Positions 8,795-17,447 of a DNA stretch of 33,170 bases are shown piece after piece (the stretch's first letter is position 1; the number at the start of each line of letters is the position of its first letter). This stretch comes from Thermoproteus sp. (lineage in GTDB: Archaea > Thermoproteota > Thermoprotei > Thermoproteales > Thermoproteaceae): positions 1 through 33,170 of the forward strand of contig JBMFIG010000017.1 of assembly GCA_049976425.1 (NCBI GenBank), in the 5' to 3' direction. A program made the translations under genes and the position numbers. The notes under the pieces are model-generated. The model searched no databases. It was not told the origin of the DNA and saw nothing but the letters and a program-made list of their open reading frames with translations.

Positions 8795-9946
8795 ATGCGC
8801 CGCCGTACTGCCGCGGTCAGAGGACACGGTTGGAGGGATCAATTCGGCTCCCCGCTCCCTCCGGTGTATCTCACCGCCGTGTTCGAGCAGGTGGGGGAGG
8901 CGAGGAAGAGCGATAGGGGGGTCGATCTGAAGTACGCGAGGGAGGAGAACCCCACCGTCAGAGCTTTCGAGAGGGTGATGGCCTCGCTCGAGGCGGGGGC
9001 CGACGCCCTCGCGTTCAACAGCGGGATGGCCTCGATATCTACCCTCTCCGTCTATCTGCTCAACAAGGGCGACCTCCTCCTGACCACGAAGGAGGCCTAC
9101 GGGGCAACTCTGAAGTTCTTCTCGACGCTTGAGGATAAGTTCGGCGTGAGGTTGCTCAAGGCGTATCCGGCCACGGAGGCGGTGGTCGAGGCCGTGAAGG
9201 CCGCTAGGCCTAAGGTCGTCTTCGTCGAGACGATGACAAACCCCACCCTGAAGGTGCTGGATATGCCCGAGGTGGTGAAGGCGGCGAAAGATCTCGGCGC
9301 TGTCGTTGTGGTCGACAACACGTTCGCCACGCCGGTGTTGGCGAATCCGCTGTCCTTCGGCGCCGACTACGTGGTGCATTCGGCCACGAAGTACATAGCC
9401 GGCCACAACGACGTGGTCGGCGGCGTCGTGGTGACGCGGGACGTCGACGTAGATCTGTGGACGTACAGGGCGATGTTGGGGGGCATCATGCAGCCCTTCG
9501 AGGCGTTCCTCTGCATGCGCGGCGCCAAGACGCTGTTCCCGCGCTTCGAGCTACAGAGCAAGAACGCCAAGGCCGTCGCGGAGTTCCTCGCAGAGCACAG
9601 CAAGGTCAAGGAGGTCTTGTATCCGGGCCTGCCGACCCATAGAGACCACGAGATCGCCAGGAAGCTCTTCGGCGGGCTTTACGGAGGGGTCCTCTCCTTT
9701 AGGATAAAGGGCGGGAGGCCCGAGGTGGAGAGGGTCTTGTCCTCGTTCAAGCTGATAACGCCGAGCCCGAGCCTCGGCGGCGCCGAGACCATAGCGACCT
9801 ACCCCATACTAAGCGCGGCCTCGCCCATACCTCCCGAGGACAGAGAGGAGCTCGGGATCACCGAGGACCTCATAAGGCTGTCGGTCGGCTTGGAGGACGT
9901 CGACGACATAATAGAGGATCTGGACCAGGCCCTGAACTCCATATAG
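8795..9946 (+). CDS. metB: Cystathionine gamma-synthase/lyase (Cys/Met metabolism PLP enzyme); start ATG 8795, not 8546
   Basis: YAREENPT, SGMA, ETMTNP, DNTFATP, HSATKYIAGHND, SLGG and RLSVGLE. Confidence 0.88.
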   Translation: MRRRTAAVRGHGWRDQFGSPLPPVYLTAVFEQVGEARKSDRGVDLKYAREENPTVRAFERVMASLEAGADALAFNSGMASISTLSVYLLNKGDLLLTTKEAYGATLKFFSTLEDKFGVRLLKAYPATEAVVEAVKAARPKVVFVETMTNPTLKVLDMPEVVKAAKDLGAVVVVDNTFATPVLANPLSFGADYVVHSATKYIAGHNDVVGGVVVTRDVDVDLWTYRAMLGGIMQPFEAFLCMRGAKTLFPRFELQSKNAKAVAEFLAEHSKVKEVLYPGLPTHRDHEIARKLFGGLYGGVLSFRIKGGRPEVERVLSSFKLITPSPSLGGAETIATYPILSAASPIPPEDREELGITEDLIRLSVGLEDVDDIIEDLDQALNSI

Positions 9947-9993
9947 TTTTTGCCGAGACGTCATTGTTTTAATCGGCTAAAATAACTTAGGCC

Positions 9994-10410
9994 ATGCGGG
10001 TGGTAAGGACTGGCTTGCCGGTGACGGAACTCCTCAACGAGCTCAGGAAAGATCTCCAGAACGAGAAGCTGGAGTACATGCAGAGGATACCGGCGCCGAG
10101 AGCGGGCGAGAGGTATAGGGACGTGGTGGCCGAGCTGTTTACGAAATACGGCGCGGCGGCGGTATATATTATGCTCAAGACGCCCGAGGGCGAGAAGAGG
10201 TATACCGTGCTGGCCCGCTACGACTGGTCCTTCGGAGGCTTTGCCGAGGGCTGGATCGTCGAGGGCGACACGGTGAGGGTGTTTGAGCCCATCGGCGTCA
10301 GTCTGGGCCAATTCTCGGCGACTCTTGAGGAGTTCGGCGACCTCTTCTGGAAGACAGAGCAGATGCTGGCCAGTAGAAAGGTGGAGCAGGCCGGCAGGGA
10401 GCCTTACTGA
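9994..10410 (+). CDS. Hypothetical protein
   Basis: Host-like codon usage and an AT-rich promoter (TTTTAAT, about 9967-9973). Confidence 0.75.
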   Translation: MRVVRTGLPVTELLNELRKDLQNEKLEYMQRIPAPRAGERYRDVVAELFTKYGAAAVYIMLKTPEGEKRYTVLARYDWSFGGFAEGWIVEGDTVRVFEPIGVSLGQFSATLEEFGDLFWKTEQMLASRKVEQAGREPY

Positions 10411-11117
10411 AGCTTGAGGACCGGCGCCGACTCCCCTACAGGCATCACGTAGTCGAGGATCGTCCTTTTGACCTCCTCGCCGCTTTTGAGAGCCACAGTC
10501 GAGAGTCTTCTCTTCAGAGTCCAGTTGATCTCGACAACGGCGCCCATGAAGCCCACGTTGCTTCCGTCGAACACCATAGACTGAACGCCTAGTTTGAAGG
10601 GGATGTGTTGCCTCACCGACCTGCCCGATATGGAGTAGACGACCGAGTCGAAGGTCTTGAACCTAAGCCCGACGTCTGCCGGCAGAATTAAGTTCCTCCC
10701 GTCGTGGAAATGCAACTGTATCCTGTTGCCCGACACGTAGTTCTTGCCCTCGATCCTCAGAAGCTTCAGATCGGCCTCGTCGCTGGGTATCTGGACCGGC
10801 TTTATGTAGCTGACCGGATCGGGCACCAGCCTGTAGACCTCGCCCGTGGGCACAACCTCGACCACATCCATGACGCCTACGGGGAACTTATACTCTCTCC
10901 TAACCCTCCCGTCGACCTTTATGTAGCCCCTCGCCACTATGTAGCGGGCCTCCCTTAAGGTCTTGGCGTAGCGGAGGACGTCTCTGACCAACACGGCGAG
11001 AGGCATCGATCTGCGGAGGCTGTGGGGACCGGGAGCCGGCTTGACGGCCCACACTCCGCCCACCTTCCTCGGTATCGGCCACCACGCCGGCGAGACAGCG
11101 CGTCGAAGATGCGGCAT
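10404..11117 (-). CDS. rps4e: 30S ribosomal protein S4e (start ATG 11117)
   Basis: HLRR..W, PGPH, KVDGRVR..FPVG.MDV and HDGRN. TATA CTTATAAA lies 21 bp upstream of 11117. Confidence 0.96.
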   Translation of the reverse strand: MPHLRRAVSPAWWPIPRKVGGVWAVKPAPGPHSLRRSMPLAVLVRDVLRYAKTLREARYIVARGYIKVDGRVRREYKFPVGVMDVVEVVPTGEVYRLVPDPVSYIKPVQIPSDEADLKLLRIEGKNYVSGNRIQLHFHDGRNLILPADVGLRFKTFDSVVYSISGRSVRQHIPFKLGVQSMVFDGSNVGFMGAVVEINWTLKRRLSTVALKSGEEVKRTILDYVMPVGESAPVLKLQ

Positions 11118-11177
11118 GGCCCCTCCCATCCAAGCCCTTTATAAGCTTTCCTTGGAAGGGCTACGCCTATGTGCTGG

Positions 11178-11372
11178 TCAGCTCGAGAACCGCCGGTAGA
11201 GTATCGGCGCAGCTACGCCGACGGCGAATCCCACGGCCGCCAGAGCTAGATCGCGTATCCAGATATTCTCGCCTATCTCGCCGGCGAGCGACACGTCGTT
11301 CAGCACTATCAATAGCGCTATTAGGATCGAGAGCGCGCTGAGAGCGTAGACCAACACGCCCTTAAGCGTCAT
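11178..11372 (-). CDS. Small two-TM membrane protein
   Basis: Two hydrophobic segments, basic C-terminus and an upstream TATA-like ATTAAAT. Confidence 0.7.
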   Translation of the reverse strand: MTLKGVLVYALSALSILIALLIVLNDVSLAGEIGENIWIRDLALAAVGFAVGVAAPILYRRFSS

Positions 11373-11451
11373 GGAATGCGGGATGTACGCAGTATTTAAT
11401 GGTTTCTTAATAATACCCCAGAAACCTAAATTTAGCGGTTCTCCAACTACT

Positions 11452-12192
11452 GTGGAGATAGGCCGAGGCGTCGGGAGAGTTGTGGCCTCAGCAATAGGCT
11501 CCGCCAGCAGGAGAGTCTGGATCTCGTCGCCCTGGATAGGGCCCGGCTACGTCAGTATGTTGGTCGACAGAGCGCTCGCTGGGGTCGACGTGCGCGTCGT
11601 GACTATGGATCTGCCCGACAACGCCGGGAGGGACCTGGCCCGCGCCGCCGACCTCTACGGCTCCGACAAGCTGAGGGAGGCGGGCGCCAAGATAGCGTAT
11701 TGGAGGAGGAGGCACAATTCGAGCCGCATAGCCGCGTTGAGGGACGCCGCCCTCCTGACGTTGTTGGCTCTGGCGTCCGTGCTAGTAGCCGGACGCCTTG
11801 CCCAGTACTCCCAACTGCTCTACCTGGTCGCGGCGACGCTTGCGGCCGTGGCGGCGGCCGTCGCAGTCTATAGGCTGAGGGCGTCGCGGAGGGCGGAAGC
11901 CGAGCTACTGGCCGCAGAGGCCGAGTTCGAGAGGCTGAGCAGAGAGCTGGCTACCTCTAGGGAGGCCATCCGCAGAAATCTGAAGGCCCTCGTGGTGCCT
12001 CCCGCCGCGGCCTTCGTTCACGCCAAGCTCTACATAGTGGACGGCAAGGCCTGGGCATCCTCGGCGAATTTGACCGACAGCGGGGTCGAGAAGAACGTCG
12101 AGCTGTTGGTGGAGGTAGACGTGGCCGAGGCAGAGCGCGCCTTCGAGCAACTGTGGTCTACGCTGGCGGCGGAGCTCAGTCGCCTATCTTGA
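11452..12192 (+). CDS. Single-HKD phospholipase D/Nuc-like protein with inserted 2-TM hairpin and coiled coil (likely start GTG 11452)
   Basis: N-half: A.RRVWISSPWI..GVDVRVVT. Insert: two hydrophobic helices plus heptad helix. C-half: HAKLYIVD, SANLT, NVE. Confidence 0.82.
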   Translation: MEIGRGVGRVVASAIGSASRRVWISSPWIGPGYVSMLVDRALAGVDVRVVTMDLPDNAGRDLARAADLYGSDKLREAGAKIAYWRRRHNSSRIAALRDAALLTLLALASVLVAGRLAQYSQLLYLVAATLAAVAAAVAVYRLRASRRAEAELLAAEAEFERLSRELATSREAIRRNLKALVVPPAAAFVHAKLYIVDGKAWASSANLTDSGVEKNVELLVEVDVAEAERAFEQLWSTLAAELSRLS

Positions 12193-13420
12193 TGAAGGTG
12201 CCGGGGTAGTCCACGGATCCCCTTCCGGCCGACACCAGTATGAGCTTGTGCCTCGCCGCCAGCTCCGAGAAGAGCTTCCTGGTCTCCGCTGTCTCCGCCA
12301 GCTCGAAATCGCTGAGCACCACGACGACAGATCTACGTTGCGCCTTGGTCAAGACATATTTGATAGCCTCGTCGGGTATGGTGCCTCCGCCGCCTCTCAA
12401 GCCCTTCTTGATCTTCTCTATGTCGGACGGCCGTCTCAGCTCCACGGGCTCGTAGGCCCTGGCGTCCCAAGGTATCACGAAGACCTTGGAGGCGCCGGCC
12501 CTCAACAGACCGTAGACCTCCGATGCGAACCTCCTCAGCTTCTCGTCGTCTATAGATGCGGATGTGTCGAGCAGGACGTATATATCCACCGCGTTCGGCC
12601 CCATGCCCACCTTGGAGGGGTACCACTCGGACTTGCGGGAGGTCCTGGACCAACGCTTGCGTAGATCCCTCAAGCTCTCCACGGCCTCCTCCAGCTCGAC
12701 CCTCAAGAGCCTCCTCCAGTCGAGCGACGGCCTATCCACGTCGGCTATATGCCTGACGTGTCCGAAAGGCGACGTGCCGGGCTCTCTGTAGGATCTAATA
12801 CGCCGCGCCTTCCTCTCCAAGATCCTCCTGACTTCGCCCGGGTCGCGGGCCTGCCTTATCTCCTCTGAGCCCGGGTTCATGGTCACGTAGTTGGAAACCT
12901 GCCTCTCGCCCTCGGCTATCCTGGAAGACTGTCTGTAGAGCTTGAAGAGCTGTCTCCGTGAGAGGCCCGACAGCTTCGCCGCCAGCTCCTCCGCCGACAT
13001 CTTCAAGGCGGCGGTCCTGGACACCCCGACGTGCCCGGCCCTAAGCATGTCCCAAGGCACCTCGAACCCCCCAGCCTCGAGCTTCTCGTTAATGACCACG
13101 TCCGCCGCCACGTTGAACGCCATGGCCTCCTCCGCCTTGCCCATCTTCATGAGATCTCTAGCCCTCTCCAGATGGCCTAGGTAGGCGTGTAGGACCTCGT
13201 GCATGAGTATCGCCGCTCTGTTCTCGGCGGTCAGCGATTGCTGGAAGAAGCGGTCCCCCACCAGTATCATGTTCCCGGTGAACATCGCGTACGCGTTCTT
13301 GGGGACCTCCTTGGAGTACCCTATGGGGAAGGACATGACGAGGAAGTAATAGGTGGGATCCCTCAACATGAGATATTCCTTGATCTTCTGGAACTCCTCG
13401 CCTATGCGGCTCAACTCCAC
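12176..13420 (-). CDS. DUF2201-type protein: HExxH metallopeptidase-like domain plus vWA domain
   Basis: HEVLH..NVAAD..IN, LDWRRLL, MIDAS motif DTSAS, GGGT and LSD. Own TATA (TTAATTTAAG, 13441-13450). Confidence 0.88.
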   Translation of the reverse strand: MELSRIGEEFQKIKEYLMLRDPTYYFLVMSFPIGYSKEVPKNAYAMFTGNMILVGDRFFQQSLTAENRAAILMHEVLHAYLGHLERARDLMKMGKAEEAMAFNVAADVVINEKLEAGGFEVPWDMLRAGHVGVSRTAALKMSAEELAAKLSGLSRRQLFKLYRQSSRIAEGERQVSNYVTMNPGSEEIRQARDPGEVRRILERKARRIRSYREPGTSPFGHVRHIADVDRPSLDWRRLLRVELEEAVESLRDLRKRWSRTSRKSEWYPSKVGMGPNAVDIYVLLDTSASIDDEKLRRFASEVYGLLRAGASKVFVIPWDARAYEPVELRRPSDIEKIKKGLRGGGGTIPDEAIKYVLTKAQRRSVVVVLSDFELAETAETRKLFSELAARHKLILVSAGRGSVDYPGTFIKIGD

Positions 13421-13533
13421 GTAGATCTAGGATTCCGCTACTTAAATTAAGCGCCTAGCAACTACAGCCGGATCCCCGAGCGCCGACCTCCGCGTCCGGC
13501 GCGATCCTAGGGCTCTACGGACCTGCGCACTGA

Positions 13534-14671
13534 CTACCTCCACAGATTTACGGCCGCCTTTCTCACCTTTAGAGGCAACTTGCTCGCGAAGTCCTCGAGC
13601 AGTTCGCGCCTCATGCCGACCCTCTCCTTGAAGGTCCTCACGGCGGTTGTGAGTATGTAGGCGTAGAACTCCCTTTCCTCTTCGGCTAGATGCTCCAGCA
13701 GAGCCAGGTCTATGGAGCCTCCCGAGAGGTACCTATCGACGAGGGCCTTGGCGTATAGGGACGCCGCTATGAGCTTCTGCTCTAGGTCAAATTTTCTCCA
13801 CAGCTCTAGAGGCTTTTCGAAAAAATTCCTTGGGGACTCTCGACATGTAGAAGTTGAGGAATCTAGAGCCTGTGGCGCGGCCCACGTTGCCGTAGACAAC
13901 CTCCGCGACTAGGTCTTCGTCCGCCTTGATGCCGCCGAGTATGTGTAGCTGGACCGCCAAGCGCGTCCAGGACCTCGGGGTGGGGTAGGCCTCCAGCCCC
14001 TCCGGCTCCTTGGGGGGCTCGAAGAGGAACGAGGGCCCTTCCTTGAGGAACTCGCAGACGGCTCTCTCCCACGCGTCGCCGTATCTCCTGTCCATGTAGG
14101 CGCACCACTCGTCGACTGTCGGCGGCTCTACGTTGAGGACAGTAAGCCTGTTAAGTAGAGGAGCCGGGAGAGGCTCGGCGTCGACGCTCATCGAGGGAGG
14201 GTTGCCGGCCAGCACCACTATGACGTCGGGCGAGAGCCGCCAGCTCCAGCCCGCCTTGCCTTCCTGGACTAGGCTGTAGAAGAAGACCCTCTGGTCGGCC
14301 CTCTTCACGTTGGTCATCTCGTCGATGAAGAAGAGGCCTCTGCACTTGGACAATATCTTCAGCCGCACCGGCGTGAGGAAGTCTATGACGTCGCCGCTGG
14401 CGAGGGGCTTGGGTATCGAGACGTCCTCGGGGAATATATGCGGCGCGGCCACCCTCAGATAGACGAAGTACCCCTCGCAGTCCTCGGCCAGCTTGTGGGC
14501 GGCCCTCTCGTCGAGGAGATCTAGGTCGACGAAGGTCCTGCCCTCCTTCTTGGCGAGCTCCCTGGCGTACTGCTCGGTGATCTCCGTCTTGCCTATCCCG
14601 GGGCCGCCTAGGAGGAGGGTTCTGTTGAGGGTCTCCGGGGGGAGGCTCAATATCTGCGTGATCCTGACCAC
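13534..14671 (-). CDS. MoxR-like AAA+ ATPase split by a 1-nt frameshift at 13820-13825 (ORFs 13787-14671 and 13534-13899 join into about 378 aa)
   Basis: Walker A GGPGIGKT, Walker B FFIDE, sensor AGN, PLLNR and PTPRSW. Removing one T from GAA TTT TTT CGA gives EFFEKPLELWRKF..., open to the stop at 13534. Confidence 0.85.
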
Positions 14672-14711
14672 GTAGGCACCATTTTCTCTATATAAATCGT
14701 TACGCGGCGTC

Positions 14712-15314
14712 CTAGAGGATGGCGGAGAGTATCAACGATGCGGTGTACAACACAGAATACACGGCGTGGACTGCCAGGGCCGACGCGAAGCCGCCCTTCT
14801 CGTAGGCATAGGCGAGGATAAGCCCCAGCAGGAAGTAGAGAGTCGCGACGAGGGCCTCCGTCGCCGTGTCCGGCGCGGTGAGCAGGAGGGAATAGGCCAG
14901 CGACGAGACCACATAGGCCAACGCCCTGTTCCTCGCCGACAGTTGTTGGAACAAAACTCCTCTGAAGATCGACTCGGAGACGACGGGCTCCTCCAACACG
15001 AATACGACCACGATTATGGGCAACAAGCCGCTCTTGTAGAGGTCTTGAGTCTCCGCCGCGGCTTCGCCGGAGGCTAGAAACGGCGACAGGAATGCCGTGG
15101 CCATGAACCACACGAAGAACAGCAGGAGCGCGTTGTAGAGGCCGCGGCTCGAGTACTTGAGCCGCACCCACCTGAACGATACGAAGAAGGCCGTCTCCAA
15201 CGTAGCGAGCCCGTACACGGAGGCCCAGGTAGGGAGGAATGCGGAGGCTACGTCCAACGCGGCTAGGAGCGCCATATATGCCAGCGCTAGGTAGAGGGCG
15301 CCTCTATCGGTCAT
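14712..15314 (-). CDS. CPBP/Abi (CAAX protease-like) membrane protein with degenerate motifs
   Basis: Multi-TM; PVVSESIFRG (canonical EExxxR) and LAYAYEK..S..VHAVYS. Confidence 0.8.
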   Translation of the reverse strand: MTDRGALYLALAYMALLAALDVASAFLPTWASVYGLATLETAFFVSFRWVRLKYSSRGLYNALLLFFVWFMATAFLSPFLASGEAAAETQDLYKSGLLPIIVVVFVLEEPVVSESIFRGVLFQQLSARNRALAYVVSSLAYSLLLTAPDTATEALVATLYFLLGLILAYAYEKGGFASALAVHAVYSVLYTASLILSAIL

Positions 15315-16504
15315 ACCACGAGCTCGTCGAGGTCCTCGGGGTATTTGGTGAGCAACCTGTAGCCGTCCTCCGTTATCAACACTGTGTCGGAGTGCCTAAA
15401 CCCGCCGAGCCCCTTGACGTATATCCCCGGCTCGATCGTGACGACCATGCCAGGCCTCAAGACCTCGTCGGATCCCACGTCCAGATAGGGCCTTTCGTGG
15501 AAGCCCAGCCCTATGCCGTGGCCGGTGTGGTGTCTCAGCTTCCCCGAGAGGCCCAGCCGCTCCGCCCTCGCCCTCACGGCCTTGTCCACTTCGGCTGCCG
15601 ATACGCCGGGCCTCAAGGCGTCGAGCGCGGCGTGTCTGAGCTCCAACATGGCCTCGAAGTACCTCCTCACCTCCTGGCCGGCCCCTCCGAGCACCAAGGT
15701 CCTCTCCAGCTCGCTGTAGTAGCCGCCGACCTCTGGGCCCGCCCCGATCCCCACGACGTCTCCCTTTCTGAACGGGCGGGGGGCCGATATGGAGTGGGGG
15801 TAGTAGCTGTACTCGCCTATCTGTCCCCTAAAGCCGACGAAGCCGGGCACCGACTCCCTCGTGGGCATATAGCCCTCGCCGAAGGCCCTCTTCATCTCCC
15901 TGCTCAGCTCCAGGCTGGCCTCCAAGGCGACCTCCCAGTCGTACTTGCCCTCCGCCATGAGGCCCCTAGCTATCTCGATGCCTCTGGCGGCCCACCTCCC
16001 GCTCTCCTCTATGAGGGCGACCTCCTCGGCGTCTTTGACGAGGCGCATGTCCTCGACCAGGCGGGGCTCCACCGACACCTTCAACTGGCCCAGGAGATCC
16101 GCCAGAGCCGGCCCGCTGTACCCCCAGCCGCCTGCGGCGCCCGCGCGGTTCTCCAACGCCAGCGACGTTATGCCCCACCGCTTGGCCAACTCCTCTATCC
16201 TCTCGGCGATGAACTTTACGGGGTGGATCTCCCCCGGGTAGTCGAAGTAGTAGTGCTCCTCGACGGGGAGCTCGGACCTCAACGAGAAGTGCTCGTACTC
16301 CACCATGGGCGCGAACAACGCCAGCTCTCCGCGCGTTGTGACTAGCAGAGCCAGAGGGCGCTCGGTCTGTAGGAAGAAGTAGTTGGTGAGGTAGAATATG
16401 TTCTCGGGGTTAGTCAGATAGTAGGCGTCGTAGCCCAGCCCCGACAGCCGCCTGCCCAGCTCGGCGATCCTCCTCAACAAGACCTCCTTCCCCACCTTGA
16501 GCAT
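15311..16504 (-). CDS. M24 (Xaa-Pro peptidase/creatinase fold) hydrolase; start ATG 16504
   Basis: Creatinase_N (NIFYLT), R.VK..EE, PH, GYYSELERT, HHTGHGIG..HE.P, TIEPG and GFRHSDT. Confidence 0.88.
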   Translation of the reverse strand: MLKVGKEVLLRRIAELGRRLSGLGYDAYYLTNPENIFYLTNYFFLQTERPLALLVTTRGELALFAPMVEYEHFSLRSELPVEEHYYFDYPGEIHPVKFIAERIEELAKRWGITSLALENRAGAAGGWGYSGPALADLLGQLKVSVEPRLVEDMRLVKDAEEVALIEESGRWAARGIEIARGLMAEGKYDWEVALEASLELSREMKRAFGEGYMPTRESVPGFVGFRGQIGEYSYYPHSISAPRPFRKGDVVGIGAGPEVGGYYSELERTLVLGGAGQEVRRYFEAMLELRHAALDALRPGVSAAEVDKAVRARAERLGLSGKLRHHTGHGIGLGFHERPYLDVGSDEVLRPGMVVTIEPGIYVKGLGGFRHSDTVLITEDGYRLLTKYPEDLDELVV

Positions 16505-16529
16505 TAATAGAACGAATTCACGATAATAT

Positions 16530-17429
16530 ATGCCATCGGTCGTGGCGCTGGGGCACCTCCTCATGGACATACAGCTCTACCTAGCCGATAGGCCCGACGC
16601 AGGCGAGGCGGCGCTCGTCGGCGAGCTCCGCTACGGCGGTGGCGGCTCCGCCTCCAACTTCGCCGTTGCCGCCAGAAGGCTCGGCCTCGCCTCGGCCATA
16701 ATAACCTCGGTCGGCTTCGACGGCTTCGGCAGAGTCCTCCTCGAGGAGTTGATGAGGGAAGGCGTCGACATCTCGAGGGTCAAGATAGTGATAGGCCAAC
16801 AGACGGGCACCTCGTTCCTTCTGGTCTACCCCAGCGGGGACGTCAAGGTGTTCGAGTACGTGGGCGCCTCCGAGGCCGTGGAGCCCAAGGACTTGTCGGA
16901 CGCCGCGCTCAAGGGCTTCGACCATCTACATATCACTATGTATAGGCTGGACACCGCCGTCCACGCGGCCAGGCTTGCCAAGAAGCTCGGCCTCTCGGTG
17001 AGCGTGGATCCCGGGAGGATATGGTCCGCGAGAGGCCTCGACCACTTAAGGGACCTGCTGGCGGAGGCGGACTACCTCCTCCTAAACGAGTCGGAGTTCC
17101 GGGCCCTCCTCCGCGGCGATGCGGGCAAGGCGTTCGGGCTAGGCATCGACATGGTAGTTGTCAAGCGGGGGCCGCAGGGGGCGACCGCGTATCTGCGGAG
17201 CGGCGAGGTCCTCGAGGCGCGGGGATTCAAGGTGGAGGCGGTCGACACGACCGGGGCGGGCGACGCGTTCGACGCGGCGTTTCTGGCGGCGCTCCTAGAG
17301 GGGCGCGGCGTGGACTACGCCTTGAGGTTCGCCAACGCAACAGGCGCCTTGAAGACGACGAGGAAGGGGGCCAGGTCTTCGCCTACCAGGGAGGAGGTCG
17401 AGAAGTTCCTTGCGACAAGAAATATATAG
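16530..17429 (+). CDS. PfkB-family kinase (ribokinase-like)
   Basis: GGSASN, VG.DGFG, DPG, NESE, KRGPQG and DTTGAGDAF. Confidence 0.92.
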   Translation: MPSVVALGHLLMDIQLYLADRPDAGEAALVGELRYGGGGSASNFAVAARRLGLASAIITSVGFDGFGRVLLEELMREGVDISRVKIVIGQQTGTSFLLVYPSGDVKVFEYVGASEAVEPKDLSDAALKGFDHLHITMYRLDTAVHAARLAKKLGLSVSVDPGRIWSARGLDHLRDLLAEADYLLLNESEFRALLRGDAGKAFGLGIDMVVVKRGPQGATAYLRSGEVLEARGFKVEAVDTTGAGDAFDAAFLAALLEGRGVDYALRFANATGALKTTRKGARSSPTREEVEKFLATRNI

Positions 17430-17447
17430 ACTGGAGTCGGATATTGT

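Noticed and set aside
13534-13899. Independent 121-aa gene
   Set aside because: Its first roughly 25 residues are off-frame AAA sequence; better explained as the ATPase C-terminus.
15239-16345. Long antisense ORFs (also 1507-2412, 5510-6343, 22026-22829, 31573-32499)
   Set aside because: Shadow ORFs of high-GC3 genes with no recognisable motifs.
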